A model generated the notes under the pieces. That model ran no database searches. It saw nothing but the letters and a program-made list of their open reading frames with translations, and was not told the origin of the DNA. From Sphingomicrobium sp. (lineage in GTDB: Bacteria > Pseudomonadota > Alphaproteobacteria > Sphingomonadales > Sphingomonadaceae), in the NCBI GenBank assembly GCA_025450755.1, contig JANWLR010000088.1:4988-68987 (forward strand): a DNA stretch of 64,000 nucleotides, read 5' to 3'. The stretch's first letter is position 1. Each line of letters opens with the position of its first letter. Positions 1-9,453 of this stretch are shown here, piece after piece. The position numbers and the translations under genes are program-made.

Positions 1-1
1 C

Positions 2-949
2 GCCGAGCTACTCCGCCCCATCCTGCTGGGACCGCACGCATCCGACGATCGAATCATCGGCCTCCAGACGCCGGGCGGCTGCGGCGCGCTTCGGCTCGGT
101 TTCGAGCTGCTGGCAACCGCAAATCCGAAGGCTCGCGTCTTCCTCGGAACTCCAACCTGGCCCAATCACCCGCCAATCGTACGGGCAGTCGGATTGGAAG
201 CGTTCGAATATGCCTATTATGAGCGCGGCCAGGCGATCATCCGCTTCGAGGACATGATTGCGGCACTGCAGTCCGGCGAACCGGGCGACATCGCCCTGCT
301 TCACGGCTGCTGCCACAATCCGACCGGCGCGGATCTCAGCGAGGACCAGTGGCGCGAGGTCGTGCGCGTTGTCATCGAGCGCGGCCTGACGCCGCTGATC
401 GACATCGCCTATCAGGGCTTCGGACGCGGCCTGGATGAGGATGCGTTCGGCGTGCGAACGATGCTGGATGCGTGCGATGAAGTGATCATCGCCCAAAGCT
501 GCGACAAGAACTTCAGCTGCTATCGCGACCGCGTCGGTTCGCTATGGATCAAGACCGGATCGGCAGACTCGACGAAGACGGCAATGGCGCACGTCCACCA
601 GATCGCCCGCGAGATGTGGTCGATGCCGCCGGACCATGGCGCCGCCTCGGTCCACATCATTCTCGAGGACGAGGAGCTTCGCGCCCGCTGGCTGGTCGAG
701 CTTGCCGCCATGCGCGACCGGATCAACTCGGTCCGTCAACGCATCGCCGCGGCCGATCCGCGGATCGCCTATATCGGCCGTCAGTACGGCATGTTCTCGA
801 TGCTTCCGCTGTCGAAGGAGCAAGTGCTCAATCTTCGTTCTGAGGAGGCGATCTACATGGCAGATTCGGGCCGCTTCAACGTTGTCGGGATGGGCGATGG
901 CCAGCTCGACCGATTTATCGCCGCCGTGGTCGGCGCCCTCGGGGACTGA
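2..949 (+). CDS. tyrB: Aromatic amino acid/aspartate aminotransferase (class I PLP), 5' truncated by window
   Basis: Frame is open from base 2 (QTPGGCGALR); motifs HGCCHNPTG, DIAYQGFG, SCDKNFSCYRDRVG (PLP lysine). Confidence 0.85.
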   Translation, partial: AELLRPILLGPHASDDRIIGLQTPGGCGALRLGFELLATANPKARVFLGTPTWPNHPPIVRAVGLEAFEYAYYERGQAIIRFEDMIAALQSGEPGDIALLHGCCHNPTGADLSEDQWREVVRVVIERGLTPLIDIAYQGFGRGLDEDAFGVRTMLDACDEVIIAQSCDKNFSCYRDRVGSLWIKTGSADSTKTAMAHVHQIAREMWSMPPDHGAASVHIILEDEELRARWLVELAAMRDRINSVRQRIAAADPRIAYIGRQYGMFSMLPLSKEQVLNLRSEEAIYMADSGRFNVVGMGDGQLDRFIAAVVGALGD

Positions 950-957
950 GGACGGCC

Positions 958-3015
958 ATGGCTGATCGCGACCCGGGCCGGGTCTCTGCCGACGTGGACT
1001 GGCGCGAGGTCGCAAGGCTGGTGCTGACCAGCCGGGAAATGGACCGGATCGAGGAGAAGGAGCTCGTTCCGGCAAAGAAGGTCCTCTATCAGTTCAGCGC
1101 CCGCGGCCACGACATGGCGCAGGTTCTGCTGGGGCTGCAGCTCAAGGATGGCGACGGGGTCTTCGGTTATTACCGCTCGCGACCGTTGCTCCTTGCGCTT
1201 GGAGTGCCGCTCGCCGACGCGCTCGGGTCCGGGATGGGCCTCGCCGGTGGCTATTCCGACGGTCGCGATATCGGCGTCGTATTCAATTATCCCAATCCGG
1301 GCGGCGCGCATGCCCTTCCGATGTGCGGCGGCGTAGGAGCACAATACACGCCCGCAGCCGGATGGTCGCAGGCAATCGAGTACAAACGCAAGGTCCTTGC
1401 AGAAGGACCGGAGGATTCGATCGCACTGGCGCTGGGCGGCGATGCGAGTTGCGCTACAGGGGGGTTCTGGTCAGCGCTAACAATTGCAACCACGCAATCT
1501 TTGCCGTTGCTCATCTACATCGAGGACAATGGCTACGGCATCTCGGTTCCATCGGAATATCAAACCCCGGGCAAGGACATCGCCGCGAACCTCGCGAGCT
1601 TTTCGGGGCTGACCATCTTCAACGGCGACGGCACCGACCCGGCTGAGGCATCACGCCTGATCCAGGACGCAGTTGCGCATGTTCGCAAGAAGCAAGCGCC
1701 GGCACTGCTGAGGCTGACCGTTCCCCGGCTTGAGGGCCATAGTGCGCAGGATACGCAGGCCTACAAATCCGAAAATGAGATCGCTGCCGAATGGGCGCGC
1801 GATCCGCTGCCCAAATTGAAGGCTCATTGCGTCAAGGTTGAGGTCGGCGAGGACGACTGGGCCGACCTGGAGCGCGAGAGTGAATGGCAGGTGCAGGCCG
1901 CGGTTGCCGAAGCGCAGGCTCGCGGCATCTCTGCGTCCGAGAAAGTCACGAGCCAGGTCTTCTACGAGGGCGAAACGCAGCAGGTCGGCGGCCTTTGGAA
2001 CAGCGGGTACGAGCCGCCTGCGTCCGCCGATGAACCGGCACCGGATGGCCAGCGTATCAACATGGTCACCGCGATCCGCCGCGTCCTTGACCAGGAGCTT
2101 GAGGCCAACCCGCGTGTGCTGGTGTTCGGCGAGGATGTCGGGCCGAAAGGCGGAGTCCATGCCGTGACGCTCGGCCTTCAGGAGAAGTTTGGCCGTGAAC
2201 GCGTGTTCGACACGTCACTCAACGAAGAGGGAATCGTCGGCCGAGCGGTCGGTATGGCGCTCGCCGGCTTGATGCCGGTGCCCGAAATCCAGTTCCGCAA
2301 ATATGCGGAGCCTGCGACCGAGCAAATCCACGATGCAGGCACGATGCGCTGGCGGACGAACAACCGCTTCGCAGCGCCGATGGTGCTGCGCGTGCCGGGC
2401 GGCTTCTTCAAGTGCGGCGATCCGTGGCATTCGATGACCAATGAGGTCGAGTTCGTGCACAACCCCGGCTGGAAGGTCGCGGTGCCGTCGAATGCCGAAG
2501 ACGCGGTCGGGCTTCTGCGCGGGAGCCTGCGCGGCAACGACCCCGTGCTTTTCTTCGAGCATAGGGCGATGCTGGACGACAGCTGGGCACGGCGCCCATG
2601 GCCGGGTGACGAGTTCGTTCTCGCGTTTGGTCGTGCGAAGAAGACGCGGGAAGGCGACAAGATTACAGTGGTCACCTGGGGCGCGATGGTGCCCCGCTGC
2701 GAAGCCGCGGCGGAGGGATTCAGCGTCGACGTCATCGACCTGCGAACGCTTCAACCCTGGGACAAGGAGATGGTTCTTGATAGCGTTCGCCGAACGCGCC
2801 GCTGCCTGATCGTCCATGAGGACTTGCGCACCGGCGGCTTTGGCGCGGAGATTGCGGCGGTCGTTGCCGACGAAGCATTCCTCGATCTCGATGCTCCCGT
2901 CGCGCGCGTGACCATGCCCGACATCCCGAGCCCGCATCATCCGAAGCTGATGGAATGGGCTCTGCCTTCGCCGGCGAAGATCCGCGCCGAGATCGAGCGC
3001 CTGGTGGGGTTCTGA
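958..3015 (+). CDS. 2-oxoacid dehydrogenase E1, fused alpha+beta subunits
   Basis: N-half has ThDP motif GDAS...EDNGY; C-half has FGEDVG, RVFDTSLNEEGIVG, EIQF, DLRTLQPWD, VHED. Confidence 0.9.
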   Translation: MADRDPGRVSADVDWREVARLVLTSREMDRIEEKELVPAKKVLYQFSARGHDMAQVLLGLQLKDGDGVFGYYRSRPLLLALGVPLADALGSGMGLAGGYSDGRDIGVVFNYPNPGGAHALPMCGGVGAQYTPAAGWSQAIEYKRKVLAEGPEDSIALALGGDASCATGGFWSALTIATTQSLPLLIYIEDNGYGISVPSEYQTPGKDIAANLASFSGLTIFNGDGTDPAEASRLIQDAVAHVRKKQAPALLRLTVPRLEGHSAQDTQAYKSENEIAAEWARDPLPKLKAHCVKVEVGEDDWADLERESEWQVQAAVAEAQARGISASEKVTSQVFYEGETQQVGGLWNSGYEPPASADEPAPDGQRINMVTAIRRVLDQELEANPRVLVFGEDVGPKGGVHAVTLGLQEKFGRERVFDTSLNEEGIVGRAVGMALAGLMPVPEIQFRKYAEPATEQIHDAGTMRWRTNNRFAAPMVLRVPGGFFKCGDPWHSMTNEVEFVHNPGWKVAVPSNAEDAVGLLRGSLRGNDPVLFFEHRAMLDDSWARRPWPGDEFVLAFGRAKKTREGDKITVVTWGAMVPRCEAAAEGFSVDVIDLRTLQPWDKEMVLDSVRRTRRCLIVHEDLRTGGFGAEIAAVVADEAFLDLDAPVARVTMPDIPSPHHPKLMEWALPSPAKIRAEIERLVGF

Positions 3016-3031
3016 AGGTGAGCGGAGCCAA

Positions 3032-4219
3032 ATGATTGAGGTGCGCGTCCCCGACGAGCAGGAGGGCACCAAGGCGGTCGTCCGCGCCTGGCTCAAGCAG
3101 ATCGGCGATGCCGTCGCAAAGAATGATCCGTTGGTCGAACTCGAAACCGACAAGGTGACGCAGGAAGTGCCGGCGCCTGCGGCTGGCGTGCTCGCCGAGA
3201 TCATCCTCGATACGGACGCCGAGGCGGTGCCGGGAGCGTTGCTGGCTCGGATCGAAACGCAAGGGGTCGCTGTCGCACGAAGTGCCATTGGGAAGACCGC
3301 AGCCCAGCGCGAACAAATCACTCCTCAATCCCCGCTTGCGCCGGGGAACGGCACCGATACCCGTCTCAGCCCATCGGTACGCCGCGCCTTGCAGCAGCAC
3401 GGCATTGATCCGTCGCGCATCCAGGGGACTGGCCGCGACGGGCGCATTACGCGCGAAGATGTCGACCGCTGCGTTGCCGATGCGACCGTGGTGAGTGTCG
3501 GCGAACGCTCAACTGCACAGCCCATGCAATTTTCCGCCCACGACATTGCCCACGACCGAATGCGGATGACAATCGCCGAGAACATGGTGCGCGCGGTCGC
3601 CGAGCAGCCGCACGTCACTGCCGTATTCGAAGCCGACTTCTCCGCGGTGGCGGCGCACAAGGCAGCGATGGCCGCCAAAGGCATGAAGCTCAGCTACACT
3701 TCATATATCGTCAAAGCCGCGGCGGAGGCCATGGCAGTTGCTCCGGCCATCAACGGACGCTGGGAAAAGGACCGGATCGCGATCTCGCCGACGATCGACG
3801 TCGGCATCGGCACTGCGCTCGGCGAGAAGGGTTTGGTCGTTCCGGTCGTGAAGGACGCCGGCGCACTTGGCCTCGAGCAGATTGGCGCGAAGCTCGACGA
3901 TCTCACGCGCCGTGCACGCGACGGCAAACTCGAGCGCTCGGACGTGTCGGGCGGAAGCTTCACCATTTCGAACCACGGCGTCTCGGGCTCGCTCATTGCG
4001 GCTCCGATCATCCTTCATCAGGGACAGGCCGCGATCCTGGGCGTTGGCAAACTTCAGAAGCGAGTCGTCGTCCGAACTGTGAACGGCCGCGACGCGATGC
4101 TCATCCACCCGATGGCCTATGTGACCCTGACCATCGACCACCGCGTGGTGGACGGTCACCAGACGAACGCCTGGCTCAGCCGCTTCGTCGAAATTATTGA
4201 AGGCTGGCCAACGGCTTAG
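3032..4219 (+). CDS. 2-oxoacid dehydrogenase E2 (dihydrolipoamide acyltransferase)
   Basis: Lipoyl motif ETDKV; E3-binding motif GTGRDGRITREDV; catalytic DHRVVDG. Confidence 0.9.
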   Translation: MIEVRVPDEQEGTKAVVRAWLKQIGDAVAKNDPLVELETDKVTQEVPAPAAGVLAEIILDTDAEAVPGALLARIETQGVAVARSAIGKTAAQREQITPQSPLAPGNGTDTRLSPSVRRALQQHGIDPSRIQGTGRDGRITREDVDRCVADATVVSVGERSTAQPMQFSAHDIAHDRMRMTIAENMVRAVAEQPHVTAVFEADFSAVAAHKAAMAAKGMKLSYTSYIVKAAAEAMAVAPAINGRWEKDRIAISPTIDVGIGTALGEKGLVVPVVKDAGALGLEQIGAKLDDLTRRARDGKLERSDVSGGSFTISNHGVSGSLIAAPIILHQGQAAILGVGKLQKRVVVRTVNGRDAMLIHPMAYVTLTIDHRVVDGHQTNAWLSRFVEIIEGWPTA

Positions 4220-4228
4220 CCAACCTTT

Positions 4229-4254
4229 GGAACCGCAGTGCGCAGAGGTGCGCT
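4229..4254 (+). promoter_or_regulatory. Putative EcfG/sigma-T-type promoter
   Basis: GGAAC-N17-CGCT, 8 nt before the ATG at 4263; one mismatch to GGAAC-N16/17-CGTT. Confidence 0.4.
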
Positions 4255-4262
4255 GTCTCCAC

Positions 4263-5309
4263 ATGAAAGAGGCGCCTGATAGCGACGAGGCTCAATACGT
4301 CCGGCGCGTCCTGATCGTCGTCGGAATTACAGGCGGCGTCCTGCTTTTGTGGGAGTTGCGCCAGGTCGTCGTCCTCCTCTTCGGCGCAATCATGGTCGCC
4401 ACGATCTTCCGAGTGATTTCCGATCTCATGGAAAGGCATTTGCGCCTGCCGGAGCGGATTGCAGTGCTGCTCTCGGTGCTGCTCATCGTCGGGATCATTG
4501 CAAGCCTCGCCTGGTCGATCGGATCGCAGGTCAGTGCGGAGAGCCTCGATCTTGCAGATACGCTTCCGCGCGCTGCTCAGATGATCGATGACAGGCTGGC
4601 GTCAGTGGGGGTGGGACGTCCGGTCGGCCAGTGGATGCACAACATGCATTCGGGCAGCATTATCGGCTCGAACCTCAAGGGTGTCGTTTCGTCCATCACG
4701 TTCACTGCGGCCAGTTTCCTCATCGTCTTCTTCGGCGGCATCTTCCTCGCTGCCGAGCCCCGCCTTTATGGCATCGGCCTTATCAAGCTGATCCCGCCGG
4801 CCAGGCGCCGGCTCGTTGCCGAGGCGATGGAGGAATCCGATCGCGCGCTTCGGTTGTGGCTGAAGGGCCAATTGTGGGCGATGATCGTAATCTTCCTCAT
4901 GACCTGGCTCGGGCTGTGGATGCTCGGCGTGCCGTCGGCACTGGTGCTCGCACTGATTTCGGGAACGCTGGAGTTCATCCCCTATGCCGGCGCGATCTCC
5001 TCCTCGATCCCTGCAATCATGGTTGCGCTCGTCCAGAGCCCCGAGCTCGCGCTATGGGTGGTCGGCCTTTATGTCATCGTCCATCACGTCGAAGCCTATG
5101 TGATCCAGCCCGTTATCCAGCAATTTGCCGTCGAGATCCCGGCGGTGATCACCTTGTTCGCGCTGCTCGCCTTCGGGCTCCTGTTCGGCGTCCTCGGGAT
5201 CCTGCTCGCGGCTCCGCTGGCGGTGGTCAGCTACGTGCTGGTGAAGCGGCTCTATGTGATTGAGGCGCTCGACACGCCGACCCCCATCCCTGGGCAGGAA
5301 AAGAGCTAG
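4263..5309 (+). CDS. AI-2E family transporter
   Basis: Multi-TM protein with LEFIPYAG, EAYVIQP and GILLAAPL motifs. Confidence 0.85.
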   Translation: MKEAPDSDEAQYVRRVLIVVGITGGVLLLWELRQVVVLLFGAIMVATIFRVISDLMERHLRLPERIAVLLSVLLIVGIIASLAWSIGSQVSAESLDLADTLPRAAQMIDDRLASVGVGRPVGQWMHNMHSGSIIGSNLKGVVSSITFTAASFLIVFFGGIFLAAEPRLYGIGLIKLIPPARRRLVAEAMEESDRALRLWLKGQLWAMIVIFLMTWLGLWMLGVPSALVLALISGTLEFIPYAGAISSSIPAIMVALVQSPELALWVVGLYVIVHHVEAYVIQPVIQQFAVEIPAVITLFALLAFGLLFGVLGILLAAPLAVVSYVLVKRLYVIEALDTPTPIPGQEKS

Positions 5310-6037
5310 ATTTCAAGCACGACGTACGGTTTATTGAACAGGGGCTTTAGCACGAACTGCGCGACATTGTAGACCGGCCGGCCCATTGGTGTCCGGCCCT
5401 CGTAGGTGCCGTGATGGGCATGGCCGTGGACAACGGCTTTCACATGGTCGAACCGGTCAATCGGCTCGCACAGGCGCTGCGAGCCGAGATATTGAAAGAT
5501 TGCCGGCGGCTCGCCTTCGATCGTATCGACGATCGGCGAATAGTGGAGCACCGCGACGCTTCGGTCCGTCCGCAATGTGCGCAGCTGGTTCTCGAGCTTG
5601 CGCGATTCATTCATTGCTTCGTCGACGAACGCCTTGACGATAGGCTCGCCAAAAGGTGCGAGCTCGCCGCGGCCAAATCCTCCGAGGAAGCCCTTCACGC
5701 CAGCAAAGCCGACGCCGTTGATTTCGTGCGCCTGCTCATCGAGCACAATCATGCCGGCATCATGGAGAATCGAGCAGACCTTTTCCGGCTGACCGCATTC
5801 GTAGTCGTGGTTGCCGAGCACACCGAGCACGGGGATGGAACAAGCGCGGATATCCTCGGCGAGGATCTCCGCCTCTTTCGTCTTTCCAAAATTGGTGAGG
5901 TCGCCGCACAGCACCAGGACGTCGGCGGCATTGGAAATTTCAGTGAACAGCTCGCGATAGGGCGCCACGCTGTCTTCCATCACGTGGAGGTCGCCGATGG
6001 CCGCGATGCGCAGCTTGGGCTCAGTCGTCTCTTGCAT
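5306..6037 (-). CDS. Calcineurin-like metallophosphoesterase
   Basis: Motifs GDLH, GDLT, GNHD, LHYSP, HGHAH. Confidence 0.9.
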   Translation of the reverse strand: MQETTEPKLRIAAIGDLHVMEDSVAPYRELFTEISNAADVLVLCGDLTNFGKTKEAEILAEDIRACSIPVLGVLGNHDYECGQPEKVCSILHDAGMIVLDEQAHEINGVGFAGVKGFLGGFGRGELAPFGEPIVKAFVDEAMNESRKLENQLRTLRTDRSVAVLHYSPIVDTIEGEPPAIFQYLGSQRLCEPIDRFDHVKAVVHGHAHHGTYEGRTPMGRPVYNVAQFVLKPLFNKPYVVLEI

Positions 6038-6809
6038 ATTGCTCTTCAAGGTTGCCGACCGCGTCGGAAAATCCCCATTGGTCGACGTCGATCGCATAAT
6101 CGCGCGGGCTGAAGATCCGGCCGCGGCACACCTTTTTGCCCGGTCCCTTCATCTCTGCCTGGTCATGGAGGCGTTCGAGAAGCTCTTCCATGAGCCATCG
6201 CGGGACGCAGTGCCGCTCGCTTGGATAGATGAAGCGGAAGTTCAGCAGGGCCATCAGCAGAACCTCCCAATAGAGTTCCATGTGGCTCAGCAATTGCCGC
6301 CAGTCGATCGCATCATGACACTTGAGGATCATGTGCGCGACGTCGGCCATGTCGTAGCGATGATGATCCTGAACGAAAATCTTCGACCAGATGAACTGGG
6401 TGGGCGGGACAAGCCTTACCGTCGCACCGAAAAGCTTTGCCTCGGGCGCGCCGACAAACCAGTCGTCGGTGACGTGCGTGGTGACGGTCGGCATGTTGGT
6501 GATGACATCGACGAAGAGCTCGCCGCGCGTGACCCGATAGAGCCACCGCTCGTCAACGATCTCGACATCGAAGCCGTGCTCCTTGAAATAATGGAGCATC
6601 TTAAGGGCGTCGCCAGCTTTGGCGAAAACGTCGACGTCCTTGGTCGGGCGGTCGATGTCCGTGTAGCTCGCCAAGGCATAGGTTCCTGAAACAAGGAACG
6701 GGATCCCTGACTTGGCCATCAATTGAAGGATTTCGGAATAGAAGGCTTCTGCCGCTGGCGGCGGCTGGATCAGTGGGCCCTTTGCCCTGGTTTGAGCCTC
6801 AACATCCAT
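6021..6809 (-). CDS. Nucleotidyltransferase family protein (pol-beta superfamily)
   Basis: SGTYALASYTDIDRPTKDVDVF (G...RxTxDxD), later VDVI and SK...RYDMADV; overlaps the downstream gene by 17 bp. Confidence 0.8.
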   Translation of the reverse strand: MDVEAQTRAKGPLIQPPPAAEAFYSEILQLMAKSGIPFLVSGTYALASYTDIDRPTKDVDVFAKAGDALKMLHYFKEHGFDVEIVDERWLYRVTRGELFVDVITNMPTVTTHVTDDWFVGAPEAKLFGATVRLVPPTQFIWSKIFVQDHHRYDMADVAHMILKCHDAIDWRQLLSHMELYWEVLLMALLNFRFIYPSERHCVPRWLMEELLERLHDQAEMKGPGKKVCRGRIFSPRDYAIDVDQWGFSDAVGNLEEQYARDD

Positions 6810-6819
6810 GCGCCGCCTC

Positions 6820-6845
6820 AACGGGAAGCATGACGCGGCGGTTCC
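6820..6845 (-). promoter_or_regulatory. EcfG/sigma-T-type promoter
   Basis: Minus strand reads GGAAC-CGCCGCGTCATGCTTCC-CGTT (exact GGAAC-N17-CGTT), 10 nt before the ATG at 6809. Confidence 0.65.
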
Positions 6846-6917
6846 GAAGTGGAACGCTCAGGTTTCGCTACTCACAATGCTTGCTCGCAAAGGTTAGTAT
6901 GCCGGCGAGAAGAAGCG

Positions 6918-7811
6918 ATGCACGCCGTACTGATCACTGCCTACAAGGACTTCGCATCGCTCGAGCGGCTGGTGCGACGGCTCGATCGCGGCTTTTTCAA
7001 AGTCTATATTCACATCGACCGCCGAAGCGCGATCGGCAATGCCGAGATCGAGGCGTTGAGGCTTTTGGGCGCGTGGGTGTCGAAGCAGCATAAGATCAGA
7101 TGGGGCACGGTGACCCATCTCCAGGCTCTGAGCGAATTGCTGCGCCGCGCGGTCGATGCGGGCGGAATCGATTACGTCCATCTCGTGTCGGGCCAGGATT
7201 ATCCATTGGCGGATTCGGCCGCTTTCGACGCCCGCTGCGACGGCCGCATCTTCATGAACTATTCGCCGGTCAGTGCAGAATCGGATTATATCAAGGACAG
7301 GTACCGGCTTTGGAACCTGTTCTATTTCCTCCAGCTGGGCTCGCGCGTCAGCAACCGGCTCTATCCGCTCCTGGATTCGCCGTCTCGCTGGTTCCAGAAG
7401 CGGCTTGGTTTTCGCAGGCGGCGGTTGGGCCCGTTCGACACTCTCTACAAAGGCATTGCGTGGATGTCCTTTCCGGCAGCGGCCGCGGCCGAGCTGGTCA
7501 GGGACCCCGCAGCAGCGGCTTTCCTAAGGGCGATCAGGACAACCTACCTGCCGGAGGAAATCTTCTTTCAGACATACTTCCTCAATTCGGACCTGAGGGA
7601 CAGGGTCGTGAACGACGACCTGCGCTACGTCGATTGGGGGAAGAGGTACGGAAGCATTCCGGCATTTCTCGACGAATCCGACTTGCAGCCAATCCTGAAG
7701 TCGAATGCACTTTTTGTGCGAAAGGTAAGTTCGGGCATTTCGGAAGGACTGCTGGACCAAATCGATGCAGCCTGTTTTGATGGACGGCGAGCAGGGGAGC
7801 CAGCCAAATGA
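6918..7811 (+). CDS. Beta-1,6-N-acetylglucosaminyltransferase (Core-2/I-branching, GT14)
   Basis: Motifs LITAYK, IHID, LVSGQDYPL, PEEIFFQT, LRYVDW, LFVRKV. Confidence 0.8.
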   Translation: MHAVLITAYKDFASLERLVRRLDRGFFKVYIHIDRRSAIGNAEIEALRLLGAWVSKQHKIRWGTVTHLQALSELLRRAVDAGGIDYVHLVSGQDYPLADSAAFDARCDGRIFMNYSPVSAESDYIKDRYRLWNLFYFLQLGSRVSNRLYPLLDSPSRWFQKRLGFRRRRLGPFDTLYKGIAWMSFPAAAAAELVRDPAAAAFLRAIRTTYLPEEIFFQTYFLNSDLRDRVVNDDLRYVDWGKRYGSIPAFLDESDLQPILKSNALFVRKVSSGISEGLLDQIDAACFDGRRAGEPAK

Positions 7812-9286
7812 AGTCTTGCCTGATTGCCGCAGCTGCAGCTGCGTTCGCTTCGGCGGCAGCCGCAGCTCCAGTTCTCGCGCCGCCGGCGCCGCTCGGCCCC
7901 GACGTGCAGCCCTTCGTTCATCTGCCCGCTGGGCAGATCGCGATCCAGCATTTGCGGATCATTGACGGCACGGGAGCTGCTCCGATCGAGGATGCAACCC
8001 TCCTGATCGATGGAGCGAAGATCGGTGAAGCGTTGCCAGCGGGAGAAGTGATTCCCGCGGGATACCGCGCGCTCGACGGAACCGGTGAGACGGCCCTGCC
8101 GGGCCTCGTCGGCATGCACAATCATTTATTCTATCTTCAACGGCCCAATATTGACTCGGCTGGCCATTCCGAAGAGCCGATCATCATCCCGCAAATGACC
8201 TTCAGCGCGCCGCGGCTCTATCTTGCAAACGGCGTGACGACGATGCGCACGACGGGGAGCGTCGAGCCCTACACAGATCTGGCTCTCAAGCGCGAAATCG
8301 ATGCGGGCCACCTGGTTGGACCGCACTTGGATGTGACGGGTCCATACCTCGAAGGCCCCGGCGCGTTCTTCATCCAGAACCACCAGATCACTTCGCCTGC
8401 CGATGCCCGGAACGAAGTGGCGTTCTGGGCCGACCAGGGTGTGAACAGCTTCAAGGCCTACATGCACATCACGCGTGCAGAACTCGGCGCTGCGATCAAG
8501 GAAGCACATCGGCATCATCTCAAGCTGACCGGCCATTTATGCTCGGTGACTTACCCCGAAGCCGTGGCGCTCGGGATTGACAATCTCGAGCACGGCTTTT
8601 TCGTCAACACGCAGCTCGACCCGGGCAAGCAGCCCGACAAGTGCAGCGACGGGACCGGCACACCGACCCTGCTGAAGATGACGCCCGGAAGCCCCGAAGC
8701 GAACGCACTGATCAAGCTGCTGGTCGATCACCATGTGGCGATCACATCCACGCTGCCCGTATTTGAGCAGAGCGTTCCGCTGCGCGCGCCGCTGCAGGCG
8801 CGTCAAATGGACGTACTGACTCCGCAGGCGAAGGAATCATACCTGTACCTACGCAACATCACCGCCGGCCGCGCGGGAACGAAGCGCGCCGAGGACTTTA
8901 CTCAGGCGTACAAGAATGACCTTGGCCTGGAGCGGCAGTTCGTCGCAGCTGGCGGGCTCTTGATGGCGGGTCCGGACCCGACCGGGAATGGCGGCGTGAT
9001 CCCGGGTTTCGGCGACCAGCGCGAGATCGAACTGCTGGTCGAGGCCGGGTTCACGCCCGTGGAGGCAGTGAAAATCGCAACCCTGAATGGCGCGATATAT
9101 CTGGGCCTTTCCGACCGCATCGGCTCCATTGCGCCTGGCAAGAATGCCGACCTGTTCATCGTCAAGGGCAATCCAGCGGCGAACATCAACGACGTCGAAA
9201 ATGTGATTGTCGTGTTCAAGGACGGCGTCGGCTACGACAGCGCCAAGCTGCTACGGTCCGTCAGGGGTCGCTACGGGGAATATTGA
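7808..9286 (+). CDS. Secreted amidohydrolase family protein
   Basis: Signal peptide; PGLVGMHNH, GVTTMRT, LEHG, IGSIAPGKNADL. Confidence 0.85.
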   Translation: MKSCLIAAAAAAFASAAAAAPVLAPPAPLGPDVQPFVHLPAGQIAIQHLRIIDGTGAAPIEDATLLIDGAKIGEALPAGEVIPAGYRALDGTGETALPGLVGMHNHLFYLQRPNIDSAGHSEEPIIIPQMTFSAPRLYLANGVTTMRTTGSVEPYTDLALKREIDAGHLVGPHLDVTGPYLEGPGAFFIQNHQITSPADARNEVAFWADQGVNSFKAYMHITRAELGAAIKEAHRHHLKLTGHLCSVTYPEAVALGIDNLEHGFFVNTQLDPGKQPDKCSDGTGTPTLLKMTPGSPEANALIKLLVDHHVAITSTLPVFEQSVPLRAPLQARQMDVLTPQAKESYLYLRNITAGRAGTKRAEDFTQAYKNDLGLERQFVAAGGLLMAGPDPTGNGGVIPGFGDQREIELLVEAGFTPVEAVKIATLNGAIYLGLSDRIGSIAPGKNADLFIVKGNPAANINDVENVIVVFKDGVGYDSAKLLRSVRGRYGEY

Positions 9287-9453
9287 GAAGCGCACCGCCG
9301 GTTGGGCAGTCGCTAACCATTGCACTTGCTTGGAATTAACGCGCGTGTAACGTCCCCGTTCAATAGCCGCTGAGTCTTCGGTGGCCTGTATGCGTACAGC
9401 TCGGGGGCGTGCTGTATGACTGATGGGGCGGCCGGACGTTCGAGGGACGTCCG

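Noticed and set aside
9335-9351. CtrA-like TTAA-N7-GTAA site, with similar weak hits near 37836 and 56678
   Set aside because: Mismatched short motifs that cannot be distinguished from chance
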